From NCBI GenBank assembly GCA_964036045.1, contig OZ038378.1, positions 171,244,001-171,308,000 of the forward strand: a DNA stretch of 64,000 nucleotides, given 5' to 3'. Shown here one piece after another: positions 38,941-50,800 of this stretch. The stretch's first letter is position 1, and each line of letters begins with the position of its first letter. A program made the position numbers and the translations under genes. The DNA is from Eutreptiella sp. 'Long Island Sound 2002'. Lineage: Eukaryota; Protista; Euglenida. The notes under the pieces were generated by a model, which saw only the letters and a program-made list of their open reading frames with translations, did no database searches and was not told the DNA's origin.

Positions 38941-39761
38941 GTCTTGAGATTGGTGCAAAAAAAAGTTTCAAAACATCTAAAACACCTTACAGAGGGTTGT
39001 TAGATCAAATGCAGGTGCGAGCGCCGTTTATCCCCCTTTGTGAGTATTCGCATCACACACCCCAATGTGCGGAATTGGATGGTTAACCCCTTGTAAAATT
39101 GGAAGATAAACTGATCACCCAATGAGTTTTCTGATTTAGACCCCTCACCCCCTCCCCTGCAAGGGGACGTGTCGGCGACGGGCGTCAAGCAAAGGCGCGC
39201 AGTCAGTCACACAACAAAAGCCTCATCATTGGTACCACAGGAGCCTTGCCCCCCCCCCCCCCCCCCCGTGTGACATTCCGTCTGGTTGTTGTTCCTTTAC
39301 GGGGCCCTGGACAGTCACCCGTTCGTCCCTTCGCATGCTGCGTCGGGTTGCTGCTTTTTGTCAGCCGCTGCGGCCGGTGCTCTTGCTGGCGTCGTGTCCG
39401 CGTTTGCGGAGCCCGGTAATTGGTGTGTTGGGGATGGGGGGAGGGTGGGGAAATCAAAAAAATGGGGCTGTTTAGTCGCACTTGAAAATTTCGAAAACTT
39501 GACCTTTTCGAAAACCGTTCAACGGATTCCGGGTGGGTTCAGGTCATCCTTTGGGGACAATACGGGTACTCCAGCACCCATAGCCCCCCCCCCCCCCCCA
39601 AAGGCCCGAATTCGTATTTGGCTGTGCAGTGGCATCTGAAAATTGACCTTGTCCGAAAACCTTCTATGGGCCTTGGAATGGGCTTGGGATGGGAGTCATT
39701 GTTTGGTGGCAAAACAGGTACTCTAGCACCAATTGGGACCCATGTAGCGGCTGCTGGTACA

Positions 39762-39962
39762 TTTGGAAAATTGTATCCTCAGTTTTACACTATACTAACG
39801 TTCTATTGCCCTTGGCAAAGCAGCTTGAAGAGGGGTGGGCACCCTCACGGCTTTGGCTACATAGGCCTAGTTGCTGCCACCCATGGGTGCTGAAACACGC
39901 ATAATGGAACAAAATGTTGAACCCATTGCATAGGCAAAAGAAGGTTTTGGGAAAATTCGAAG
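39762..39962 (+). repeat. ~200-bp direct repeat, copy 2
   Basis: Near-identical to 38027-38229. Confidence 0.92.
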
Positions 39963-40420
39963 GCTGATCACAGGATTTTGGTGGTAGTATGAGACATTCT
40001 TCAGCTTACCAACGAATTTCCAATGGACAGGGTGCCCTCCACTACTTTGAACAAGGGTTCTGGAACAAAAACTTTTTTTTGAAAAAATTGTGTATTCAGT
40101 TCTACAACGGACCCCCTAATGATCCGTGAATAGGGCTTGGGTGTAGCATTGGAAGAAGCTGTGCAGTGCAGCACTGGGGCCAGTGTCGTTCAAGCCCCCG
40201 CAACAGAGAGGGAGGCGGGCTTGGCGGGGCTCCTGCAACTCATTGCTGCAACATTCTTTCTGCCTTTTATCTCAGCCTGACTTTGTGTTGCCTGCGTGAG
40301 AAAGCGTGATTGTGATTAATTCTAAATTCCTGAGGCCAATGCGTCCCTGTGTTCAAAAAACTGCCGTACCATCCCCACTCTGCGTGCACTTGGCCACATG
40401 CTTTGTGTCCGGAATCGCAC

Positions 40421-40624
40421 CTTGTTTGAATCCTTAAATTGCTTCTGCGCACCCAGAAGACGCAGGCGTAGCTGGTCAATTGTCTCCGCAGGCTCATACA
40501 CAACGGGCGCAGCCTCAAGCTCCTCGCCAGTGTCCGGGTCGAATATGGGTTCACGGAGGAAATTCACCCAATACGTTGGTTGCTGACAGAGCCCAGCTAC
40601 TTCGTCTCCGAAAAACTCCGTTAC
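40421..40624 (-). CDS. DNAH5: Dynein heavy chain exon (first in window), AAA3-AAA4 linker: VTEFFGDEV...VYEPAETIDQLRLRL...DSNK
   Basis: Acceptor GTGCAG|GTA, donor AAG|GTGCGA; 204 nt, phase 0-0; matches DNAH5-type 'YFVDFLRD...KIYEPIES'. Confidence 0.9.
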
Positions 40625-42277
40625 CTGCACCAGCAACAGCAATAAGTGTCGACAAAACCTCAGTGGATCTGGAGGGGACAGCCAGTCACGATAAAATAAA
40701 GATATGTTGATTGCATAAACATGAGTTTTGGTGTGTGTCATGTGGATTTGAAGAATCACTAAGCAAACAAAACAGCAATTGTTGAACAAAGCGGTCCCAC
40801 CATCAAAAGCTGGGAGGGAAACCATCGTGCCTGGAGTAACTCAGCTACAACACATGAAAGCCGCCAAATCGTGATGCGAATTTGACAACCATGAGGATCG
40901 GCTACCCCTGGCTAAAGCAGAAGGAGCCCCTTCAGCCCCTTCAGCAGCGCAACGCAACCCCATCGCTGAAACCAACTGCCACAGGTTCGGCGTGGTAGTG
41001 CGTAATGGCATTATCAGTTGGTATTTTATAATCACGATGTCAATAGTCCTCAACCAAGTTTTCATCACCTGCACTCCTCAACGAAAGCGCGCCTTGGGAG
41101 ACGGCAGATTCTGATTTCCGGACAGTTGCTGCGACACTGCACCCCAAAGCCCAAATCCCGAGAGTGACATGATGACATCATGGATGTCAGACACAAGCAC
41201 ATGACAATACCAGGTGGTAGTTCATAATCAGGATGTCAATAGTCCTCAACCAAGATTTCATCATCTGCACACCATCACTCGACTCCTGCACCAAGCACCT
41301 CAAAGCATACAATGTCACAGCATATGACATCAATCCTAAAATGTGAGCCCCTCTGCACCTGCTGAATTACTGCACATGACACAGAAACATCCATTGCGTA
41401 CAATGCAAAGATCGAATATCTCCGGATCATCCGGGAGAGTGTACGCCATTAGCACACGTCACTCCTTCACATGAGCCCTAAGCATTGTTGCAGATTTGTA
41501 TCACATCAAACATTGACACAATCAGGTGGTGTTTGATAATCATTTGCTCAGGCAGTCCTCAACCAAAATATCACCATCCGAATCTCATGCATCGAGCCGT
41601 AGACCAACAGATTGCAATGAACCAACACGGATGTTCAAGGATCAATGAAAAAACAGGTTTGCAACCCCTTCAGCAGTGCAAAGAATCCCAATCGCTGAAA
41701 CCAACTGCCACAGGTTCGGCGTGGCAGTGCGTAATGGCATTATCAGGTGGTATTTTATAATCAGGATGTCAATAGTCCTCAACCAAGATTTCATCATCTT
41801 CACACCATCACTCGACTCCTGCACCAAGCACCTCAAAGCATACAATGTCACAGCATATGACATCAATCCTAAAATGTGAGCCCCTCTGCACCTGCTGAAC
41901 TACTGCACATGACACAGAGTAACACCCATTGCGTACAATGCAAAGATCGAATATCTCCGGATCATCCCGAAGAGTGTACGCCATTAGCACACGTCACTCC
42001 TTCACATGAGCCCTAAGCATTGTTGCAGATTCGTATCACATCAAACATTGACACAATCAGGTGGTGTTTGATAATCATTTGCTCAGGCAGTCCTCAACCA
42101 AAATATCATCATCCGAATCTCATGCATCGAGCCGTAGACCAACAGATTGCAATGAACCAACACGGATGTTCAAGGATCAATGAAAAAACAGGTTTGCAAC
42201 CCCTTCAGCAGTGCAACGTATCCCAATCGCTGAAACCAACTGCCACAGGTTCGGCGTGGCAGTGCGTAATGGCATTA

Positions 42278-42332
42278 TCAGGTGGTATTTTATAATCACG
42301 ATGTCAATAGTCCTCAACCAAGATTTCATCAC
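42278..42332 (-). ncRNA. Representative type-1 variant module in a long unit (GTGATGA C box, GTGATTA C' box)
   Basis: The substitutions at C and C' stay inside or move toward the RUGAUGA consensus. Confidence 0.65.
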
Positions 42333-45300
42333 CTGCACTCCTCCACGAAAGCGCGCCTTGGGAGACGGCAGATTCTGATTTCCGGACAGTTGCTGCGACA
42401 CTGCACCCCAAAGCCCCAATCCCGAAAGTGACATGATGACATGATGGATGTCAGACACAAGCACATGACAATATCAGGTGGTATTTCATAATCAGGATGT
42501 CAATAGTCCTCAACCTAGTTTTCGTCATCTGCATACCATCACTCGACTCCTGCACCAAGCACCTCAAAGCATACAATGTCACAGCATATGACATCAATCC
42601 TAAAATGTGAGCCCCTCTGCACCTGCTGAATTACTGCACATGACACAGAGTAACACCCATTGCGTACAATGCAAAGATCGAATATCTCCGGATCATCCCG
42701 AAGAGTGTACGCCATTAGCACACGTCACTCCTTCACATGAGCCCTAAGCATTGTTGCAGATTCGTATCACATCAAACATTGACACAATCAGGTGGTGTTT
42801 GATAATCATTTGCTCAGGCAGTCCTCAACCAAAATATCATCATCCGAATCTCATGCATCGAGCCGTAGACCAACAGATTGCAATGAACCAACATGGATGT
42901 TGAAGGATCAATGGAAAGCAGGTTTGCAACCCCTTCAGCAGTGCAAGGTATCCCAATCGCTGAAACCAACTGCCACAGGTTCGGCGTGGCAACGGGTAAT
43001 GGCATTATCAGGTGGTATTTTATAATCACGATGTCAATAGTCCTCAACCAAGTTTTCATCACCTGCACTCCTCCACGAAAGCGCGCCTTGGGAGACGGCA
43101 GATTCTGATTTCCGGACAGTTGCTGCGACACTGCACCCCAAAGCCCAAATCCCGAAAGTGACATGATGACATGATGGATGTCAGACACAAGCACATGACA
43201 ATATCAGGTGGTATTTCATAATCAGGATGTCAATAGTCCTCAACCAAGATTTCATCATCTGCACACCATCACTCGACTCCTGCACCAAGCACCTCAAAGC
43301 ATACAATGTCACAGCATATGACATCAATCCTAAAATGTGAGCCCCTCTGCACCTGTGGAACTACTGCACATGACACAGCGTAACACCCATTGCGTATCGA
43401 TGGAATATCTCCGGATCATCCGGAAGAGTGTACGCCATTAGCACACGTCACTCCTTCACATGAGCCCTAAGCATTGTTGCAGATTCGTATCACATCAAAC
43501 ATTGACACAATCAGGTGGTGTTTGATAATCATTTGCTCAGGCAGTCCTCAACCAACATATCATCATCCGAATCTCATGCATCGAGCCGTAGACCAACAGA
43601 TTGCAATGAACCAACACGGATGTTGAAGGATCAATGAAAAAGCAGGTTTGCAACCCCTTCAGCAGTGCAAAGAATCCCCATCGCTGAAAACAACTGCCAG
43701 AGGTTCGGCATGGTAGTGCGTGATGGCATTATCAGGTGGTATTTTATAATCAGGATGTCAATAGTCCTCAACCAAGATTTCATCATCTGCACACCATCAC
43801 TCGACTCCTGCACCAAGCACCTCAAAGCATACAATGTAACGGGATTTGACATCAATCCTAAAATGTGAGCCCCTCTGCACCTGTGAAACTACTGCACATG
43901 ACACAGAGTAACACCCACTGCGTATCGATGAAATATGTCCGGATCATCCGGAAGAGTGTACGCCATTAGCACACGTCACTCCTTCACATGAGCCCTAAGC
44001 ATTGTTGCAGATTCGTATCACATCAAACATTGACACAATCAGGTGGTGTTTGATAATCATTTGCTCATGCAGTCCTCAACCAAAATATCATCATCCGAAT
44101 CTCATGCATCGAGCCGTAGACCAACAGATTGCAATGAACCAACACGGATGTTCAAGGATCAATGAAAAAACAGGTTTGCAACCCCTTCAGCAGTGCAAAG
44201 AATCCCAATCGCTGAAACCAACTGCCACAGGTTCGGCGTGGTAGTGCGTAATGGCATTATCAGGTGGTATTTTATAATCAGGATGTCAATAGTCCTCAAC
44301 CAAGATTTCATCATCTTCACACCATCACTCGACTCCTGCACCAAGCACCTCAAAGCATACAATGTCACAGCATATGACATCAATCCTAAAATGTGAGCCC
44401 CTCTGCACCTGCTGAATTACTGCACATGACACAGAGTAACACCCATTGCGTACAATGCAAAGATCGAATATCTCCGGATCATCCCGAAGAGTGTACGCCA
44501 TTAGCACACGTCACTCCTTCACATGAGCCCTAAGCATTGTTGCAGATTCGTATCACATCAAACATTGACACAATCAGGTGGTGTTTGATAATCATTTGCT
44601 CAGGCAGTCCTCAACCAAAATATCACCATCCGAATCTCATGCATCGAGCCGTAGACCAACAGATTGCAATGAACCAACACGGATGTTGAAGGATCAATGA
44701 AAAAACAGGTTTGCAGCCCCTTCAGCAGTGCAACGCATCCCAATCGCTGAAAACAACTGCCACAGGTTCGGCGTGGCAGTGCGTAATGGCATTATCAGGT
44801 GGTATTTTATAATCAGGATGTCAATAGTCCTCAACCAAGATTTCATCATCTGCACACCATCACTCGACTCCTGCACCAAGCACCTCAAAGCATACAATGT
44901 CACAGCATATGACATCAATCCTAAAATGTGAGCCCCTCTGCACCTGCTGAACTACTGCACATGACACAGAGTAACACCCATTGCGTACAATGCAAAGATC
45001 GAATATCTCCGGATCATCCGGGAGAGTGTACGCCATTAGCACACGTCACTCCTTCACATGAGCCCTAAGCATTGTTGCAGATTCGTATCACATCAAACAT
45101 TGACACAATCAGGTGGTGTTTGATAATCATTTGCTCAGGCAGTCCTCAACCAAAATATCATCATCCGAATCTCATGCATCGAGCCGTAGACCAACAGATT
45201 GCAATGAACCAACATGGATGTTGAAGGATAAATGGAAAGCAGGTTTGCAACCCCTTCAGCAGTGCAAGGTATCCCAATCGCTGAAACCAACTGCCACAGT

Positions 45301-47623
45301 TTCGGCGTGGCAACGGGTAATGGCATTATCAGGTGGTATTTTATAATCACGATGTCAATAGTCCTCAACCAAGTTTTCATCACCTGCACTCCTCCACGAA
45401 AGCGCGCCTTGGGAGACGGCAGATTCTGATTTCCGGACAGTTGCTGCGACACTGCACCCCAAAGCCCCAATCCCGAAAGTGACATGATGACATGATGGAT
45501 GTCAGAGACAAGCACATGACAATAACAGGTGGTATTTTATAATCAGGATGTCAATAGTCCTCAACCAAGATTTCATCATCTGCACACCATCACTCGACTC
45601 CTGCACCAAGCACCTCAAAGCATACAATGTCACAGCATATGACATCAATCCTAAAATGTGAGCCCCTCTGCACCTGTGAAACTACTGCACATGAGACAGC
45701 GTAACACCCATTGCGTATCGATGGAATATCTCCGGATCATCCGGAAGAGTGTACGCCATTAGCACACGTCACTCCTTCACATGAGCTCTAAGCATTGTTG
45801 CAGATTCGTATCACATCAAACATTGACACAATCAGGTGGTGTTTGATAATCATTTGCTCAGGCAGTCCTCAACCAAAATATCATCATCCGAATCTCATGC
45901 ATCGAGCCGTAGACCAACAGATTGCAATGAACCAACATGGATGTTGAAGGATAAATGGAAAGCAGGTTTGCAACCCCTTCAGCAGTGCAAGGTATCCCAA
46001 TCGCTGAAACCAACTGCCACAGGTTCGGCGTGGCAACGGGTAATGGCATTATCAGGTGGTATTTTATAATCACGATGTCAATAGTCCTCAACCAAGTTTT
46101 CATCACCTGCACTCCTCCACGAAAGCGCGCCTTGGGAGACGGCAGATTCTGATTTCCGGACAGTTGCTGCGACACTGCACCCCAAAGCCCAAATCCCGAA
46201 AGTGACATGATGACATGATGGATGTCAGAGACAAGCACATGACAATATCAGGTGGTATTTTATAATCAGGATGTCAATAGTCCTCAACCAAGATTTCATC
46301 ATCTGCACACCATCACTCGACTCCTGCACCAAGCACCTCAAAGCATACAATGTCACAGCATATGACATCAATCCTAAAATGTGAGCCCCTCTGCACCTGT
46401 GAAACTACTGCACATGACACAGCGTAACACGCATTGCGTATCGATGGAATATCTCCGGATCATCCGGAAGAGTGTACGCCATTAGCACACGTCACTCCTT
46501 CACATGAGCCCTAAGCATTGTTGCAGATTTGTATCACATCAAACATTGACACAATCAGGTGGTGTTTGATAATCATTTGCTCAGGCAGTCCTCAACCAAC
46601 ATATCATCATCCGAATCTCATGCATCGAGCCGTAGACCAACAGATTGCAATGAACCAACACGGATGTTGAACGATCAATGGAAAAACAGGTTTGCAACCC
46701 CTTCAGCAGTGCAACGCATCCCAATCACTGAAAACAACTGCCACAGGTTCGGCATGGTAGTGCGTAATGGCATTATCAGGTGGTATTTTATAATCACGAT
46801 GTCAATAGTCCTCAACCAAGATTTCATCATCTGCACACCATCACTCGACTCCTGCACCAAGCACCTCAAAGCATACAATGTCACAGCATATGACATCAAT
46901 CCTAAAATGTGAGCCCCTCTGCACCTGCTGAATTACTGCACATGACACAGAGTAACACCCATTGCGTACAATGCAAAGATCGAATATCTCCGGATCATCC
47001 GGAAGAGTGTACGCCATTAGCACACGTCACTCCTTCACATGAGCCCTAAGCATTGTTGCAGATTCGTATCACATCAAACATTGACACAATCAGGTGGTGT
47101 TTGATAATCATTTGCTCAGGCAGTCCTCAACCAACATATCATCATCCGAATCTCATGCATCGAGCCGTAGACCAACAGATTGCAATGAACCAACACGGAT
47201 GTTGAAGGATCAATGGAAAACAGGTTTGCAACCCCTTCAGCAGTGCAACGTATCCCAATCGCTGAAGCCCAATGCCACAGGTTCGGCGTGGCAGTGCGTA
47301 ATGGCATTATCAGGTGGTATTTTATAATCAGGATGTCAATAGTCCTCAACCAAGATTTCATCATCTGCACACCATCACTCGACTCCTGCACCAAGCACCT
47401 CAAAGCATACAATGTCACAGCATATGACATCAATCCTAAAATGTGAGCCCCTCTGCACCTGCTGAACTACTGCACATGACACAGAGTAACACTCATTGCG
47501 TACAATGCAAAGATCGAATATCTCCGGATCATCCGGAAGAGTGTACGCCATTAGCACACGTCACTCCTTCACATGAGCCCTAAGCATTGTTGCAGATTCG
47601 TATCACATCAAACATTGACACAA

Positions 47624-47679
47624 TCAGGTGGTGTTTGATAATCATTTGCTCAGGCAGTCCTCAACCAACATATCATCAT
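47624..47679 (-). ncRNA. Representative box C/D snoRNA-like module, type 2 (56 nt; ~40 copies in the array)
   Basis: ATGATGA(C)-TATGTTGGTTGAGGACTGC-CTGA(D')-GCAA-ATGATTA(C')-TCAAACACCAC-CTGA(D). Target not identified. Confidence 0.7.
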
Positions 47680-47843
47680 CCGAATCTCATGCATCGAGCC
47701 GTAGACCAACAGATTGCAATGAACCAACACGGATGTTGAAGGATCAATGGAAAACAGGTTTGCAACCCCTTCAGCAGTGCAACGCATCCCAATCGCTGAA
47801 ACCAAATGCCACAGGTTCGGCGTGGCAGTGCGTAATGGCATTA

Positions 47844-47898
47844 TCAGGTGGTATTTCATAATCAGGATGTCAATAGTCCTCAACCAAGATTTCATCAT
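47844..47898 (-). ncRNA. Representative box C/D snoRNA-like module, type 1 (55 nt; ~41 copies)
   Basis: ATGATGA(C)-AATCTTGGTTGAGGACTA-TTGA(D')-CATC-CTGATTA(C')-TGAAATACCAC-CTGA(D), with a 10-bp flanking stem. Confidence 0.65.
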
Positions 47899-50800
47899 CT
47901 GCACACCATCACTCGACTCCTGCACCAAGCACCTCAAAGCATACAATGTCACAGCATATGACATCAATCCTAAAATGTGAGCCCCTCTGCACCTGCTGAA
48001 CTACTGCACATGACACAGAGTAACACCCATTGCGTACAATGCAAAGAGCGAATATCTCCGGATCATCCGGAAGAGTGTACGCCATTAGCACACGTCACTC
48101 CTTCACATGAGCCCTAAGCATTGTTGCAGATTCGTATCACATCAAACATTGACACAATCAGGTGGTGTTTGATAATCATTTGCTCAGGCAGTCCTCAACC
48201 AAAATATCATCATCCGAATCTCATGCATCGAGCCGTAGACCAACAGATTGCAATGAACCAACACGGATGTTGAAGGATCAATGGAAAACAGGTTTGCAAC
48301 CCCTTCAGCAGTGCAACGCATCCCAATCGCTGAAACCAAATGCCACAGGTTCGGCGTGGCAGTGCGTAATGGCATTATCAGGTGGTATTTTATAATCAGG
48401 ATGTCAATAGTCCTCAACCAAGATTTCATCATCTGCACACCATCACTCGACTCCTGCACCAAGCACCTCAAAGCATACAATGTCACAGCATATGACATCA
48501 ATCCTAAAATGTGAGCCCCTCTGCACCTGCTGAACTACTGCACATGACACAGAGTAACACCCATTGGGTATCCATCGAATATCTCCGGATCATCCGGAAG
48601 AGTGTACGCCATTAGCACACGTCACTCCTTCACATGAGCCCTAAGCATTGTTGCAGATTCGTATCACATCAAACATTGACACAATCAGGTGGTGTTTGAT
48701 AATCATTTGCTCAGGCAGTCCTCAACCAAAATATCACCATCCGAATCTCATGCATCGAGCCGTAGACCAACAGATTGCAATGAACCAACACGGATGTTGA
48801 AGGATCAATGAAAAAACAGGTTTGCAACCCCTTCAGCAGTGCAACGCATCCCCATCGCTGAAGCCCAATGCCACAGGTTCGGCGTGGTAGTGCGTAATGG
48901 CATTATCAGGTGGTATTTTATAATCAGGATGTCAATAGTCCTCAACCAAGATTTCATCATCTGCACACCATCACTCGACTCCTGCACCAAGCACCTCAAA
49001 GCATACAATGTCACAGCATATGACATCAATCCTAAAATGTGAGCCCCTCTGCACCTGCTGAACTACTGCACATGACACAGAGTAACACCCATTGCGTACA
49101 ATGCAAAGATCGAATATCTCCGGATCATCCCGAAGAGTGTACGCCATTAGCACACGTCACTCCTTCACATGAGCCCTAAGCATTGTTGCAGATTCGTATC
49201 ACATCAAACATTGACACAATCAGGTGGTGTTTGATAATCATTTGCTCAGGCAGTCCTCAACCAAAATATCACCATCCGAATCTCATGCATCGAGCCGTAG
49301 ACCAACAGATTGCAATGAACCAACACGGATGTTGAAGGATCAATGAAAAAACAGGTTTGCAACCCCTTCAGCAGTGCAACGCATCCCAATCGCTGAAAAC
49401 AACTGCCACAGGTTCGGCGTGGCAGTGCGTAATGGCATTATCAGGTGGTATTTTATAATCAGGATGTCAATAGTCCTCAACCAAGATTTCATCATCTGCA
49501 CACCATCACTCGACTCCTGCACCAAGCACCTCAAAGCATACAATGTCACAGCATATGACATCAATCCTAAAATGTGAGCCCCTCTGCACCTGCTGAACTA
49601 CTGCACATGACACAGAGTAACACCCATTGCGTACAATGCAAAGATCGAATATCTCCGGATCATCCGGGAGAGTGTACGCCATTAGCACACGTCACTCCTT
49701 CACATGAGCCCTAAGCATTGTTGCAGATTCGTATCACATCAAACATTGACACAATCAGGTGGTGTTTGATAATCATTTGCTCAGGCAGTCCTCAACCAAA
49801 ATATCATCATCCGAATCTCATGCATCGAGCCGTAGACCAACAGATTGCAATGAACCAACATGGATGTTGAAGGATAAATGGAAAGCAGGTTTGCAACCCC
49901 TTCAGCAGTGCAAGGTATCCCAATCGCTGAAACCAACTGCCACAGGTTCGGCGTGGCAACGGGTAATGGCATTATCAGGTGGTATTTTATAATCACGATG
50001 TCAATAGTCCTCAACCAAGTTTTCATCACCTGCACTCCTCCACGAAAGCGCGCCTTGGGAGACGGCAGATTCTGATTTCCGGACAGTTGCTGCGACACTG
50101 CACCCCAAAGCCCACATCCCGAAACTGACATGATGACATGATGGATGTCAGAGACAAGCACATGACAATATCAGGTGGTATTTTATAATCAGGATGTCAA
50201 TAGTCCTCAACCAAGATTTCATCATCTGCACACCATCACTCGACTCCTGCACCAAGCACCTCAAAGCATACAATGTCACAGCATATGACATCAATCCTAA
50301 AATGTGAGCCCCTCTGCACCTGCTGAACTACTGCACATGACACAGAGTAACACCCATTGCGTACAATGCAAAGATCGAATATCTCCGGATCATCCGGGAG
50401 AGTGTACGCCATTAGCACACGTCACTCCTTCACATGAGCCCTAAGCATTGTTGCAGATTCGTATCACATCAAACATTGACACAATCAGGTGGTGTTTGAT
50501 AATCATTTGCTCAGGCAGTCCTCAACCAACATATCATCGTCCGAATCTCATGCATCGAGCCGTAGACCAACAGATTGCAATGAACCAACACGGATGTTGA
50601 ACGATCAATGGAAAAACAGGTTTGCAACCCCTTCAGCAGTGCAACGCATCCCCATCGCTGAAAACAACTGCCACAGGTTCGGCATGGTAGTGCATAATGG
50701 CATTATCAGGTGGTATTTTGTAATCACGATGTCAATAGTCCTCAACCAAGATTTCATCACCTGCACACCATCACTCGACTCCTGCACCAAGCACCTCAAA

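Larger units (their letters stand above)
9845..40624 (-). other. DNAH5: Partial multi-exon gene span: axonemal outer-arm dynein gamma-type heavy chain (DNAH5/DNAH8/Chlamydomonas ODA2-like); 15 exons, 3702 nt, 1234 codons; both termini outside the window
   Basis: The hand-spliced exons join in frame. The peptide tracks DNAH5-family landmarks recalled from memory: [101 protein letters not shown]. The subfamily call needs a phylogeny. Confidence 0.93.

Noticed and set aside
47628-47858. Short resemblance of ATCAAACACCAC and ATGAAATACCAC to LSU rRNA segments
   Set aside because: The match is in the sense orientation on the box-bearing strand and only ~11-12 nt, so it cannot be a guide pairing; treated as chance.
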